Below the pieces are notes generated by a model. That model was not told where the DNA came from. It was given only the letters and a program-made list of their open reading frames with translations, and did not search any database. Shown in pieces: positions 51,182 to 64,000 of a stretch of DNA of 64,000 bases; within the stretch, counting starts at the first letter, position 1, and the number at the start of each line of letters is the position of its first letter. The position numbers and the translations under genes were made by a program. The stretch is from Phoronis australis (taxonomy: Eukaryota > Animalia > Phoronida). Where the stretch lies: NCBI GenBank assembly GCA_002633005.1, contig NMRA01000248.1, forward strand, positions 1-64,000, written 5' to 3'.

Positions 51182-52893
51182 AGGAGAATGCCATCCAAAA
51201 AACAACCTATTTTGTATCAATTTAGATCGAGTAGTTCTACTCCTTAACGGCACGTTCGGTTGCGTTACCTGACACTTGACGGCAGACGGAGGTGTTGAAA
51301 TTAACCAATGACGTAATTGGTTTCACACGCAGTCTGTTCAGCAGTTCACAACACGGGTTACTGGTGTCAGCTTATCGCTTGAATTCATCGTTTAGCACCA
51401 ATAAATCATCAAACTTCTACGTAAAACCCTTAAAAATAAACCGAGTTATTATAATAACGTGTTGTTTTATTTTGCTGTTACGGATTTACTGGTATTTGGA
51501 CACACCGTAGCCTACAAAGTTCGGCAGGCCGATTTACCAAGGTCCGTAGCAGGAGTTTGGGGTGTGTTCAGAGATAAATTCGAAGTATTCTTCTGTGAAA
51601 TATAGGCAGGAGAACTTAGACCTGTGTTGTTTATACTTGTGATATTTTTACTTCTAAACACACAAAACGCTTGTTATCCAGGCCAGTGGCTCAGAACACG
51701 ATCAGGCCCGTCGCGGCCGGTCTGACTCGTTATCCCGGCCAGTGGCTCGGAACCCGATCAGGCCCGTTGCGGCCGCCGGTACTGGCACGAACATAAACCA
51801 GCTTGAGTTGGAAAGTAAGCCTCCAGTCACAAAAAGACTATAATAGTGAGCCAAAGAAATAATGTGCACTTAATTATTTATGTGAATTAGCCACGAAACT
51901 GAAAATCTACTTACTTGTCTTGGGTCGCGAAGTCGGGTTCCCCTTCCACAAACCGTCAGGGCAAAGGTTGTTAATTTGAATAATGACTTGTATTTTAATT
52001 TTGTATTTCTAAATAAAAATTCCCCTAACATTAACATGTGACCATAGCATATAAAATCGAGTGATTGTTTCACAACAGCTTTCTGTCAACAAACACTGAA
52101 TTAGCATGCGCTCACACGGCCTCGGTGCCCGGTCAATTACCTTTGTTGCCGGCATCAAAAGCCGGCAACGCAGTGGTTTATTCATTGCTGGCTTCTCAAA
52201 ACATTTGCACTCACGAGCACTCCAAGGCATTACAAATTGTATCCAATGAGACAGACTTTGTTTCAGTTTCATATAAGCATTGGTTAGGATGAGAATAATT
52301 CATTTTGAAACAGAACGCAGAATAATAAACGTCTACATGGCAACTCGCCGGGCGCCAATCCCGACTTAGTCAAGAGCTCATCCGACGAAGACTTCACGGG
52401 TCGGATCGTTAGGTTTCACAGGCTATCAGTTCGAACCGGAATACACTGATCAAGAAATACTAGAGAGGCACTGTGAATTAACATGCAAAGCAACGGAAAG
52501 TATGGATAGTTCTTTGGTAAGTCGGAATTCGTCAGAGAAATCACTGTCGGCGAAATGCCGGTCACAGACACGGAGACGTTTCACGGCCTCACAATTGCTA
52601 TCAACAGCGTACCTTTCATTCTTCACTACCGCGAGCCACTTCCTAAGCATTTCGGGCTCCCGAGGAAGTCGATAAAACGATATACCCGCTTTCTTCGCAG
52701 CTTCATAGTTCGGAAGTGGGAATCATGCACCGCAATATAGCGGCATTCATTCTGCAGACGAGCCACTGACGTCGCTGCGTCGTTTCTCACCTTCCTAACA
52801 GGTTAACGCGACCCCTCTCGGCAAGGTGAGGTCGACCGTATAAGAGGTGATGTGTATATAGACCGATTAAGACGGTAAAAAAGACATTCTCCT
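51182..52893 (-). mobile_element. Kolobok-like DNA transposon derivative
   Basis: TTAA on both flanks (51178-81, 52894-97) and TIR AGGAGAATG(C/T)C. THAP remnant on - (SFYRLP...RKWL...RVCDRHF, ~52750-52530) and convergent GYQFEPEYT on + (52421-52447). Confidence 0.72.
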
Positions 52894-53586
52894 TTAAGTG
52901 CGTGTTACATATGTGCTTACTACTGGTGGAAAATGCATTGATTTCATGAAATAAACCCAAGAATTCTAAACCAAAAGTATTGTAAGATACTGAAGATATG
53001 AAAAAAAATGTTTCATAAGAAACACATCTGTCAATTTGTATAATAATCTTTATTGAGCGATTTGGCAAATAAAGGCAGGGACGACAAAAAACGTACTAAA
53101 CATTGCAAAAATGGCTACTAAATGGAAAGACATTGTTATCTTCTTAATAGAAACCTCTTAGCTGAATTACATGAAAGTTCTTTAATGAACTCTGAACATA
53201 CAGAGGCAGACGCAAAAACAAATTTGCCAACAGGGACACAGCGATAGCCGGATCGGTCCGAAATTTGTTATCATTCGTCATCGGCACCTTAAGAACACAT
53301 TTGCCCGCACAGATCACAAAGCTCCTTCAAAGGGTTCAGGAGAAGAGTTGAAGATGTCTGGCTGCAGACGCAAAGAAACGAATTTCCTCTGTAAGCTCCA
53401 CAGAGGTAGTCGTATTGGTCCGAAATTTGTCGTCGTCCGGCTAAGATCTTGAAAGGATTTAGGAGGTATAGCAGCTACTTCGGTCGCTACCTACACGTCC
53501 TCCTGAAAATAATTGTCATCCACGCAATCAAGGCCTGTTCCCGGCATTGCGTTTATTTTTAGCCTAGTCGTCTCAGTGGATTTGCT

Positions 53587-54012
53587 GTGCATGAACTTGG
53601 AATCTTGCTTTATTTCAAGATTAAGCGGAAGTGATTGTTGCGTGAACTTGGAATTGAATATTCTTTAAGGCAAAAAGGTGAAATTTTTGTTCGGTGAAAA
53701 GAATTTTTGTAGTTATTGGCGTCGCCATAAACCATTTTCTCTTTAACCGTAACTTGTGCCGCTGAACCGGAGAAATATGTGAATGACTAAATCGATTAAT
53801 GTTTGGTGAAACTGATCGCCCGTAGTTGAAAAGGTTGGTTAAAAGTGACATTATTTTATTCAAATGTAACTTGATTTAGTGCAGTGCAAATTTTTATGAA
53901 CATGAACGTGATTCTTTGAGTGAACTTGTCAAGTTGCCTCGCGTATTCCAAGTTCACACAACACTCACTTTCGCTTAATCTTGAGATTAAGCACGATTCC
54001 AAGCTCACGTAC
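53587..54012. mobile_element. MITE with ~68-bp internally repetitive TIRs
   Basis: TGAACTTGGAAT occurs twice at left and is mirrored by ATTCCAAG(T/C)TCA twice at right, with CAAGATTAAGCG / CGCTTAATCTTG between. Confidence 0.75.
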
Positions 54013-54399
54013 AAGATTCACCTTCTGCCACAGCAAACGTATTCCCCCAAGTAATCTCCTTGTTTATTTTTGTTCTAGCCAAGGCCACTGCTGTATACTG
54101 TCTGTTGAAGTTGTGTGTTAATAGATATGTAAAATACCATGATTGTTTTCTGTTTCAATGCCTTCAAACTGTACAACGGGACATTTTATTTTCAGCGGTC
54201 ACACGTCGCTCTTATGGCAATGTCTGTTCATCTGTTTATAAAATAAATAACGTTCCCTTCTTGCTTACAACTCAGATCTTACAATAAAAAGATATATGGC
54301 GACTATACCCCCCTTTCTTCATATGCTCTTCCATGGGGCCGTTGTCTTGTCTCGGCACTATCTGACATAATTAAGGGACATCTGGACATGGTGATAAAC

Positions 54400-54680
54400 C
54401 GAACAGACATTTCGAAATCCTTTGGCACAATAGACCATAGTATCTAACTAAACAAGCTTTTATTTTACGGAATCGAGCATGTATTCTATTAAAAAAATTA
54501 ACCAATCGACAGAAAATGTTTTGTTTTGATAATTTCTCTCCCAAAAATTAATTACCATCAAATGTTTACCGCCAAGGATCTGTTCCAGATTTCCTCGTGT
54601 TTCTCATTTACGTAAACGGTGCACTTCTCTTGAGTGTTTTATGTATGTTAATAACTCACATCTTATTTACACATCCTTCG
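54400..54680 (+). mobile_element. CR1/L2-group LINE reverse transcriptase fragment
   Basis: DISKSFGTIDHSI*LNKLLFYGI (cf. DLSKAFDTIDH), LTNRQ, PQGSV (frameshifted) and FLIYVN remnants. Confidence 0.75.
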
Positions 54681-54849
54681 TCCACAAACAACTAAACTAA
54701 AAACAATAGTAAGCTATTAGGCATGCCCGGCTCACACCGTTATCAACATACAAACTGTCCTCAAATGTCACCGAACGGAGCACGTGTAATTAGTTCTACT
54801 CCCTTCAGAAATAATAACTCAATAATCGATAGTGCATTACACTCACTCT

Positions 54850-55212
54850 AACGAGTGCATGGTTTCGTTCCTTCGCCGCCAGGTGAGAACGCGTAAAAAT
54901 ATATTCGTATGAACGAGTGCATAGCCGGTTTCGTTCTTTCGCCGCCAGGTGAACGCAGGCACGTGTGAAATGAACTCGTTCGAAATAATATAGTACACGA
55001 TAAAATGTGTGCACTTGATTGTTTATTTGTAGTTTATTTGTAATGTGGGACAATGGACTGAACATACACAGATCAATATACAAGTGCAATGCGCTCATTG
55101 AAACGAGTGCCCTCGTCGCTGTGAATCTGGAAGTTATGTCTCAGGCAAAGAACAGAACTCATGAGATTTGTGCTCAAGTTCACCTGGCGGCGAAGGAACG
55201 AAGCTATGCAGT
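54850..55212. repeat. Inverted/direct repeat element
   Basis: TTCGTTC(C/T)TTCGCCGCCAGGTGA occurs twice (~54864, ~54930) and its reverse complement at ~55180-55202. Confidence 0.7.
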
Positions 55213-55268
55213 CGCATGAACTAAAACATTTCACTCGCATGACGTGTGCATTTCACTCGTAATACGAG

Positions 55269-55424
55269 CAGTGCTGTAGTGGTAAAATTAGAGGTAAGTA
55301 GGTGCCCAGAAACCACCGCATCAATTTGAGCACTGAACATAACTTACGGTGGGTAGGCGCTACGTTCAAATGCCAAAAGGTGGTTGGCTGCGCCTACGTG
55401 CGCCTGCGCCCCACTACAGCACTG
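55269..55424. mobile_element. hAT-like MITE
   Basis: Perfect TIR CAGTGCTGTAGTGG; 8-bp TSD AATACGAG/ATTACGAG (7/8). Confidence 0.85.
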
Positions 55425-55446
55425 ATTACGAGTGCGTTAATTACAC

Positions 55447-56521
55447 AAGGGCTGCAACGATTTCGAATCGATAATCGAATCGCAATTCTTTGGCCACGAT
55501 TACCGATTCGAGGATCATGATGATTCGATTATGTTATTTGTTTGTCATTTCAAACGACATCACGGCGTCGACGTTCGTGAAGACAGTGAAGTCTGAAGTC
55601 AAAATGCAACTTGAGCAGAGGTAAAAAAGCGCAGAAACAACCAGAACCGAAACAAACGGCAGCAGGCCAACTGAGGCTAACAGACACGATATTAAAACTC
55701 AAATCAGAGAGAGCAGGTAATTGCGAATTTGAATAATTTCCAATTCATTTTAGTAGTGGGGTACTCCTATAGAAATCATAGTCCACTGTCTAAATGGGTG
55801 GGTATGGTTATTTTTAAGTTGCACCTCTCCATCACACAATAAGGGGGTACCCTCGGAAAACACAGGCAAAAAGAGATTTTGATTAGCAATTTACGTGGGT
55901 AACATGAAATGTGATTATTTACTTACCTTGATTTACTTTAGTTAAAAACACTTTTCAAAAATAAGGATCCGAAAATGTAAATAAAATAACTGAAGACTGG
56001 ATACAGATAAGTTTACAGGCTATTTACAGCTGACATGGAGCCTTATTCTACAATGCAAAGCCCTGAATTCAAAAACATGTTACTCTGGAGCCACACACAC
56101 TGTCAAGCCGCAGCTACTTTAGTAAAAATGTAATGCCTAAGTTTCAAGAGACTGTTGCTGGCAGAATCATTGGGCGTGTACAAACTTCACAAAACATTTC
56201 AATCCCATGGTGAAGTCAATTATTTTAAATAGTTAGTTAAGGCTGGTCTCAATGGAACCAATACCAGGTGCTTTTGAATTGATGACTCCATCCTCTTTTT
56301 ATCTTTCATTGAGCTGGCCAGGTTTGACTCACTGATTTAACCATGCATGCCTCTCTGTTTAAGTGTATTAGTGGATGGTGATTCTTGTGTGCGTGGCTAG
56401 AAATAGATTTATGTCTTATTTTAGTTTTTCATTAATCGAATCGCGAAAAATCAAATAGTGAAAAAAAGTAATCGAATCGTATCGAATCGATTTTTTTGAA
56501 TTATTATTATTTGCAGCCCTA
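55447..56521. mobile_element. Non-autonomous hAT-like element
   Basis: TIR AGGGCTGCAA / TTGCAGCCCT with AATCG/CGATT subterminal repeats at both ends; TSD not evident. Confidence 0.7.
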
Positions 56522-59501
56522 CTGGCGGCTATCCATGATGACAATGAGTGATTTTTACCCACCTTTCTCCGTCGACCGGGAAACGGCCGTGCCAGCGCTA
56601 GCGTATGAAACGCGGAGGTGTTCTTTTGAGAACCTATGTAATGTACGATCTTGAAAGAGAATTTGTGGATGCCTTGAAAGATTTACGTTTTTCATGACGA
56701 TTTAATTTTGTTTTTGACTACACTTGTGGAATTTCAAGGACTCATTAAGCAAGTAGAGTTTTATTGCATGAAGTGGAAATTTGTTGCTTTTAATAACTAC
56801 GAAAGGTGAAGTGGAATTCAAAGGACAATAAAAGTTTAGTAGAATCAAGAAGTGAATATTGATTGAATCATTTTCTACTCCTTTTTCTTGGGGTAAGACC
56901 CCAAAAATGGCAGATAAAACAACATTTGTTTTGAGAAGAAACATGTCCCAATTTCTCGATGTGCCGCCTATCACGTTGTTTCAAAATTGTAACAATGTGG
57001 TATATCAATGCGTGTTGTGGCCGATAAATGGCGTGCACGTGGTAATAAGTAAAACAACACACGAATACTTTAACAATAGAATACGTCTATTAATTTGCAG
57101 CGTTGTGATTTACAAATTAAAGATTACAATAAGTTGTGAGACTGACGACTAACTGATTGAGACAAGATATCCCTACTAGAAAACTACTAATCAACAGTGC
57201 CACTGGTTCCCTGTAGCTACCGCACACGTTAACACAAAACAAGTCACAACAGAACTAATAAACCCTCCAGAACAATCACTAGCCGGTTCAAATTGACTTA
57301 ACAGGCTGAGACCAACGCCCGTGATAAATGTCTATACCTCAGTTGTCCTTTTCCCCTTGACTCTTTGGTCACAGAAGTTGTTCGTCTGGCCCCGGCTTCG
57401 TCTTAGAAGTCTGAGGTTGTCTTCCAGATCTGGAGTCGTGCCCCGTAGTCTGAAGTTTTGATCTAAGGTGGATCCAGTCTGCCCTGGTCTCGAGAGCCAG
57501 TGCTTTAAATACTAAACTAAGTGGCATCACGGATGGACCCACTCTGTATGTACATATATGTCCATCTCTCTATGACGAGCTGAATATAACGAACTAACTG
57601 ACCACGCGATGGACCCACTCTGCATATACATATATGTCCATCTCCCTATAACTCAAAATTCTAGCATAGCTGCCACTATTCCTGTATTATTGCATAACTG
57701 CCTCTATTCCTGGGTTTTCAACATCAGAGTACTATTCCTGGATTTAACTACCTCAGAGATAGCATATCCCCTGAAATTTATTGCACATGGAGGGCATAGC
57801 CTTATTATATTACAACACTCATTATTACAAAATGGTTAAGGAGTTTCGTGGTTTCACCCTGCATCGGATGTTGGAGTTGTGCACAATAAAGTTTGCGTGT
57901 TTATACTTGGTCTAGGGAGAAATACACAAAACATTGTCGCAACAAGCGAACGTGCTGGGATAGGCTAGAGAGCTCCCGAGCACACTTGCGAAATTCTCGC
58001 CTTTCGCGAGCTCTTGCTTTTTGGAAAAATTTGGTTTTCGTTTCTTTACGTTTCTTGTGTAAAACTCACTTTTGAAATCAATAATTTTAGAAAGGATTTG
58101 ATACAAACACGGAACATCAAATTTGTTATCACATCTTGTCAAAACCCTTCAAATCTGCATATTTATTTTGACCTCTTCAATATTGCAGGTGTTTTTAATC
58201 TGACCCGGCGTTATTGCTTTTTACAGACTTAGCCATAGGGCTAGCGTTGGGTATCTTACATTCAACTTTACATGTACCAAATTACATGCATACCAACTGC
58301 CATGCTTTTATCATAAAAGAACAGTTTGTAGAACTATTGATTCTGCATTATCCATCTATTTAGTCAAACCTGAATCTCTCCTTAAGTATGAAGTTCCTTT
58401 TTAAGTATATTTCTATTTATAGTTACTGTGCCGAAATAACAATCGATTTCCAAAATAGTATCAAGATGACAAAGATGTGATTTTTATCAGTTTTGATATT
58501 GTCATGAGCTCGCACTTAGTTATGTTTCCTGTCTGAAGCTGATCTGAATTGCGGTTGAGGATGAAAGCAGTGTGATCGTAAAAACAAAACTGCGGTGCAT
58601 AAGAAAAATACAACTGACATTAAAATAATTGGATTCCTAAAAAAGATTGCTGGTGCTTTCCGTGAGGGTTGACGGATTAAAATCGAAACGATGACGATAA
58701 ATATTTTTGTCATCTTGTATGGGTTTGTCATTATTTCTTTGTATGTTCTGTGTATTTTTCTTTATAATGATACTCATTATCTAGACTTGTCAAGGCTCAC
58801 ATTTCGGCCGAAAAGTGTGTCATTCTACTGATACAGTGCGTGCAAAGGGAGTGAGGTCAACAGTCAATAATGTCTAATATACATTGAGGATTGCGAACAA
58901 ATGTTGCATGCGCTGCTAAGACAAAACAGGTTGGTTTCGGAAACTCTAAACGAATTTTTGATATTTCTGTGCAATTCCTACTTTTTGCTATAGCAGCTTT
59001 AACGTGCCTTTCATATGTTCTCACAAGCTCAACCTACATAACGTTTTTACCGCAGAATAAGCAAAACTGTTTAATCTTACGTGATACACAATTCGTCAAA
59101 CTCGTTTTACGTAAGTTGGTTTCGCGGTTTAAACATTTCTTAATGAAGCAGCCCCCGTGCATTCACGAGCCAGCGCAAACCGTCAACTAGACGCCAATTT
59201 CTTTTATCAACCATCAATTTGGACATAATTCAAGGAAATAATTAGGAACGAGTGAACGAAAAAAAAAGAAAAAAAATAAGCTCGCAATGCATATTGCATC
59301 AAAGTGAAAAACAATGCCTATTTGTTTAAAACTATTGAGTGTTGATAACGCTGGTTTAAATGTCCGACTTTAAAACAATGATCTGGATTTTTTTTCGGGA
59401 ATTTGTGCACAAAACAATAAGCTTAAGCTTTTGTAATCTTAATGTTTGACCCTTAATCCCGAGAAAGTGCTCAAACATTATGGGGGGGGGGGGGGGGGGG
59501 G

Positions 59502-59569
59502 NNNNNNNNNNNNNNNNNNNNNNNNNNNNNNNNNNNNNNNNNNNNNNNNNNNNNNNNNNNNNNNNNNNN
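59502..59569. other. Assembly gap following a poly-G run
   Basis: Run of N. Confidence 0.99.
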
Positions 59570-60330
59570 TACTCTTGATACTGAAGACAATGGAAATGCA
59601 TTTCAAATCAGTAAATCCAACTATTATTACACTGAAAGTTTGAAAGAATTTTAGGAATCGTATCAAGAGGAACTTAGATAACTGAGCGTCAATACAGAGT
59701 TGCTCAAAATAAAATTTGATCTCGATGATCCTCAAACAATAAATATTTTTTTCGACATCATCTGCGTACAATGATGATGATTGACACTGTACTGATAATT
59801 ACTCACTATTTAACACAACTGTAACATACAATTTAAATGCTGCTCACCAGACAGTAATTCTCATGTTGGACCATATACAAACATCAAAAAATGCTTGTGC
59901 GTTTATAAAAAAGATACATGTGTTTCATACGTTTTTATAACGTAGGAATGCTTAATCTCACAAGATACATAACAAACATATAGCTATTACAAATATTTAC
60001 AAGCTCCCTGTAACAAAAGACACACGAATACAATTACTTTTAGATTAGTTTACGGATATCATTAAATCGAGCACCGAAAACAGACAAGTCATTGTTGCCT
60101 ACGATCTCGAGATTGATCTATTAAAAGTAATTCCAACCGAAAGTTTCAAGATTTCTTTGACATAAAGTGTAGCTTTCACCTACAACCAAAATCACTTATT
60201 CCACCAACTGAGCGACATGTCAGAATCAGGCAGGCCACACCGATAGACCCTTGAGTCAGATTTCTAGCTCCTTTTAACTATATATTAATAAAGCACAAAA
60301 ATAGTTCCAGGTGATCAGTGCAATGGGCCT

Positions 60331-60590
60331 GCATGCGCGGCCTGCGCAAGTCTGGTGCAACGTGCAATTATTTTTTGTTGAAGCACACGGTTCAACAAAT
60401 TTTTGAGAAAGTGGATCTTTTATTAAGATTCATGGGGTATGTTCCGAGATATGAATTGTGCATTCGCCGAATTTTGGTAGCTCTTGCCTTTTTAGTGGAC
60501 TTGTTTCTACTTTTTTCGGAGTTTTTGTTTCTCTGACGCGGACCTTTTTGCCCACTTCGCCCCACTAGCTCCCCTGTGGGTAAGCGCATA
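60331..60590. repeat. Interspersed repeat family; related copy at ~41820-41995
   Basis: Shared ATTCGCCGAATTTTGG...TGCCTTTTTAGT-GACTT and GGGT(A/G)AGCGCAT end. Confidence 0.55.
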
Positions 60591-62487
60591 ATGCTGTGGT
60601 TTTTATTTTACTAATCGTTAGTGAATCTACACCGCGAATTGAAGAATAAATTGACTGTATACTTACGAAACACAGTAGGCCCAAAGTGACTATATAGTTG
60701 TCACATGATATGCCATGCTTATCAAATATATGCATATTAGTTTGATTATCGGGAAGTAGAAAACAATTTTGTGGCTACAGAAATGTAAACAACTTTTGAC
60801 ATCTGACCCCATCTACCAATTTGAATGTCATTGTGAATATTACCAAGTCAGTTAATAATTTACTCTGTAATTGGTATATTAATGATAGAACTACTTGAAT
60901 TACAGTTCAAACCTTATAAATACTTGTTCTGAATGATTTTGATAATATCACCCATTCCACGAAGACCAGGAAACAACATGCTTGCTTTGCCGCTGTTGCT
61001 GCTTTCGGGTGGGTAAATTCCGAAAATTCCTCTTGACGAAAATGTTTTCAAATTATAGGGACATTACTGGATGAAAACCGCCATTTTGCGATTATTGTGG
61101 AATGTGATAGACTTCTGGATGTTAGTAACTTTGACTGGGGTTTTAAAATAAAAACCCGCCTTATTGTTGCGAATTTATTACTAATTGCTAATTGTCGCTG
61201 TTGTCTACTGGACATTCGCTGAAACCAAGACCAATATCGTTACCGTTTAATACGCTGAAAAAAAAAACTTGGTTGTAAAGCTTGAACTTTGGCGCAGTGG
61301 TAAAGAGGTTCGACTGCTGCTCAGTCCGCGCTATTGATAATTTCTGTAAAATTATTCTTCTCTTCAACAATGTCCCTTTAAGTGTCATTGTAAAGGTACG
61401 ATATAAAAAAGGTTATTTTGAAGAATTTTTGGTTAAAAATATTACTCTATGAACTATTTGTCTTAAAAGATATAATGCAAAAGAGAAAACGATCACGCAA
61501 AACTGTCTTGTTCAGAAACTAAAGGTAATATGTTAAGGGAAATTGAATACACAAAAAATTGCCTATTCAAAAGCGAGCATTCTGTTTGAATACATTTTTT
61601 AAATGGATCGGCGTTCTGACATTTCTACACATTTTCATGTAGCTGGTTGTGGTTGTAAGACTTCTGGATGTTTTTCAGGACAATTTATATTCGTGATGTT
61701 AATGGGAATCAGCCGCGCTAACCGTCTTAAAGTGAGACAGGATACCATAGAAATATCTAAATAACATGACTTCGTGGTCAAAGAAAAGTTGTGTTTGATT
61801 GAGTCAATACGTCAGAGATGAGCAGGCTACTTTTCCTTTGAATTTCCATAGTAGCGGTATCCCGCAGTGATTATTACATGTACATGTCCATGTCAGTTGC
61901 GAATAATTTGCTCTCAAGTTCCTTTTTGCTCGAGGTTGGTGACACGTGACGTACCTCTGCTTTCCCTGATGGTGCTTTTAGATTTGAATCGAAACGTTAA
62001 TCACGAACGTGTTGATATCTAAACATAATTAATATATATGATCTTGTGATTCAGGCGCAGTGCTAGTATCTGCCACCTGCGATAAGAAATACAAGGACGC
62101 TAACCCCAACCACTCCGCGTGCCTTCCCAGATCTTCGAATTATGTCGATGGAGGTAGGCTTAACTATTTTCCCACTGTTGATGGAGATGGATAGGTTGCA
62201 CGTGTGCGTGTTGAAATATTTGAATTTCCAAAGAAGTAAATCTGGTATGAATTCAGCTTTAAGCTTTGAAAACCGACCCAGAATAATTGTTAAGCAATTA
62301 TCAATCGTAAGCAAATTTTTTCCTTGAATGCTGACTGAAAGATGACTACATTGATTTTCTTACATATGAAATGCATCATGGAGCCCAATGAAATAATTTT
62401 GAAGGTAATTATTATATTTGCAATATTAACATATCTTCCTAATCATGGCGGATGAGTACAAGATGTATTGTTTACCACTGGCAATAG

Positions 62488-62585
62488 GTGTCTCTGCTGC
62501 TGACAAGAAGCAGATAGTCGATGAACACAACAACTACAGACGCGACGTTGCCAAGAAATACAAAGCAGCAGATATGCAGATGATG
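62488..62585 (+). CDS. Exon encoding the N-terminal helix of a CAP/SCP (CRISP/PI16/GLIPR1-like) domain
   Basis: VSAADKKQIVDEHNNYRRDVAKKYKAADMQMM matches the CAP pattern (I-x-x-x-HN-x-x-R...A-x-[ND]-M-x-x-M); donor ATG|GTGAGT, phase 0. Alternative start is an in-frame ATG at 62445. Confidence 0.8.
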
Positions 62586-64000
62586 GTGAGTTACTTTTTT
62601 ATATTTCCACAGTGATAAACATGTGACGCGCTCCTTTGAGTGCTTGCACGCACAATTATATCGTAAAATGAAGGTTCATTATGGACTCCGTTAGTATCAC
62701 ATGCGCGCACCCAGCCTAAAATATTGGGAGGCTTGAATTTTTCGGTATGCGGACCATTTACTAAAAGAAATCAACGGGGACTAAAAGAAAAAACTGGGCC
62801 ACTAGGATGAGGCCTACGGATTGTGCATCAGCGCCGAAATCCTGTGGGCTTTGTGGACTTTTGTCTCGTTTACTCGGACATTTTGTTTCGTTGAGACGGA
62901 CCTTTTTGCTCGAGCCCCCCGAGCCCCCTGGGTGGGCCCATGTATCATGAGTGATTGAAAATTTAACTTGTTGAAGTAGAAAAGTCCGTGCTGGAGTTGA
63001 CTCAGAGATTGAGTAGGTAAAACTCCCAACACCTTACTTTCTCGTGGAGGCCAATAGGTGTCTCACCTGGCTACCACATAACGGGAGAAAGCGGGGAAGT
63101 TTTCAATCAATCATCCTTGAAGAAAGACCTCAGAAGGGACCGAAAGCTATGTCCGCCAAACCAATAGACTCCGAAAATGTATTTTTTACCACTCAGTTTG
63201 CTTCCCTTTTAATAAAAAATCAAACGAACCGCTGGATGGATGTCTGGCTGGGTACGTTAACGTTGTTTGTGGTGTACTATGACGCATCTGGGGTGCTGCA
63301 AAAAATGTGGTGTGACGTGGTCTCTACTTCAGAATTGCTAAACCCTGCTTGCATTGTTGTAACCTCTATTAACGCGTATTACGTATAATAGACGTACTAT
63401 GGACAACGGTATTGGGGACATCATAACTAAAACATTGGCAAATCGGATCCAAATGAAAAGTTCATTGCCATATGTATCGTTTTTCCAAAACTGCGTAGGA
63501 ATCATTTGTGCCGTATTCCACTTTTGCATGAGGGGCTATAAAACGGCTTTTAGAATTTTGAGGAAAAACTCAAAAGTTGCATCAAAACGAAACAATAATT
63601 TAGAAAAATGTTACAGCATTCTATCCCAGTGCGTATCCTCATCAGCTACTTTTCAATGTTAGTGTAAAAGTAGCTCCTGACAATTTTTCTTCGACAGTCT
63701 CATCGTTTTGGTGCCTGGAGCTTCATGTGACCGCCGCGTTTGAGCAGATCGCAACAGAAATTCTTTTCTCACGTATCACCGTGCTGGAAGCATTCGTACA
63801 CATAGTGCTCGTTATATTCCTGGGTTCTAAGCTGACGAAATAAACATAACACCACAGTTCCACTTGTATAGACCCAATTCACGCGGCGGACACTAAAATC
63901 CAAAGCGAGGCTCACTGCGATAAACAAAGCGGAAATTTACATTGCGTCAGTTAAATGGCCGGTCTTTGGAGTCCAACCTGAATATTAAATCTTAGACAAT

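Noticed and set aside
57100-57650. Possible solo LTR with a 40-bp direct repeat (~57532 and ~57608)
   Set aside because: Termini and TSD could not be defined; only the short local duplication is certain.
1-64000. Most ORFs in the supplied six-frame track as standalone genes
   Set aside because: All are at most 142 aa, many have non-ATG starts and low-information composition, as expected by chance in intronic or intergenic eukaryotic DNA. Only those matching TE domains were used.

Overview
AT-rich, intron/intergenic-type eukaryotic DNA, most likely from an animal (invertebrate) genome. It has no long intact ORF and is dense with decayed transposable elements. The standout is a complete 521-bp non-autonomous LTR element (TRIM) at 8748-9268 on the minus strand. 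It has two 166-bp TG...CA LTRs that each contain a tRNA-like RNA polymerase III promoter (A and B boxes), plus a tRNA-Lys PBS, a PPT and a 4-bp CAGT target-site duplication. It is inserted in the integrase of a dead Gypsy element, and excising it restores that reading frame. Other elements are a 5'-truncated DIRS retrotransposon with its terminal inverted-repeat structure, two TTAA-flanked Kolobok-like deletion derivatives, a Tc1 derivative with long TIRs, three LINE fragments and many MITEs. Three widely spaced, phase-compatible candidate exons (19190-19265, 49622-49789, 62488-62585) may encode a secreted CAP/SCP-domain protein. All calls were made by eye, with no database searches.
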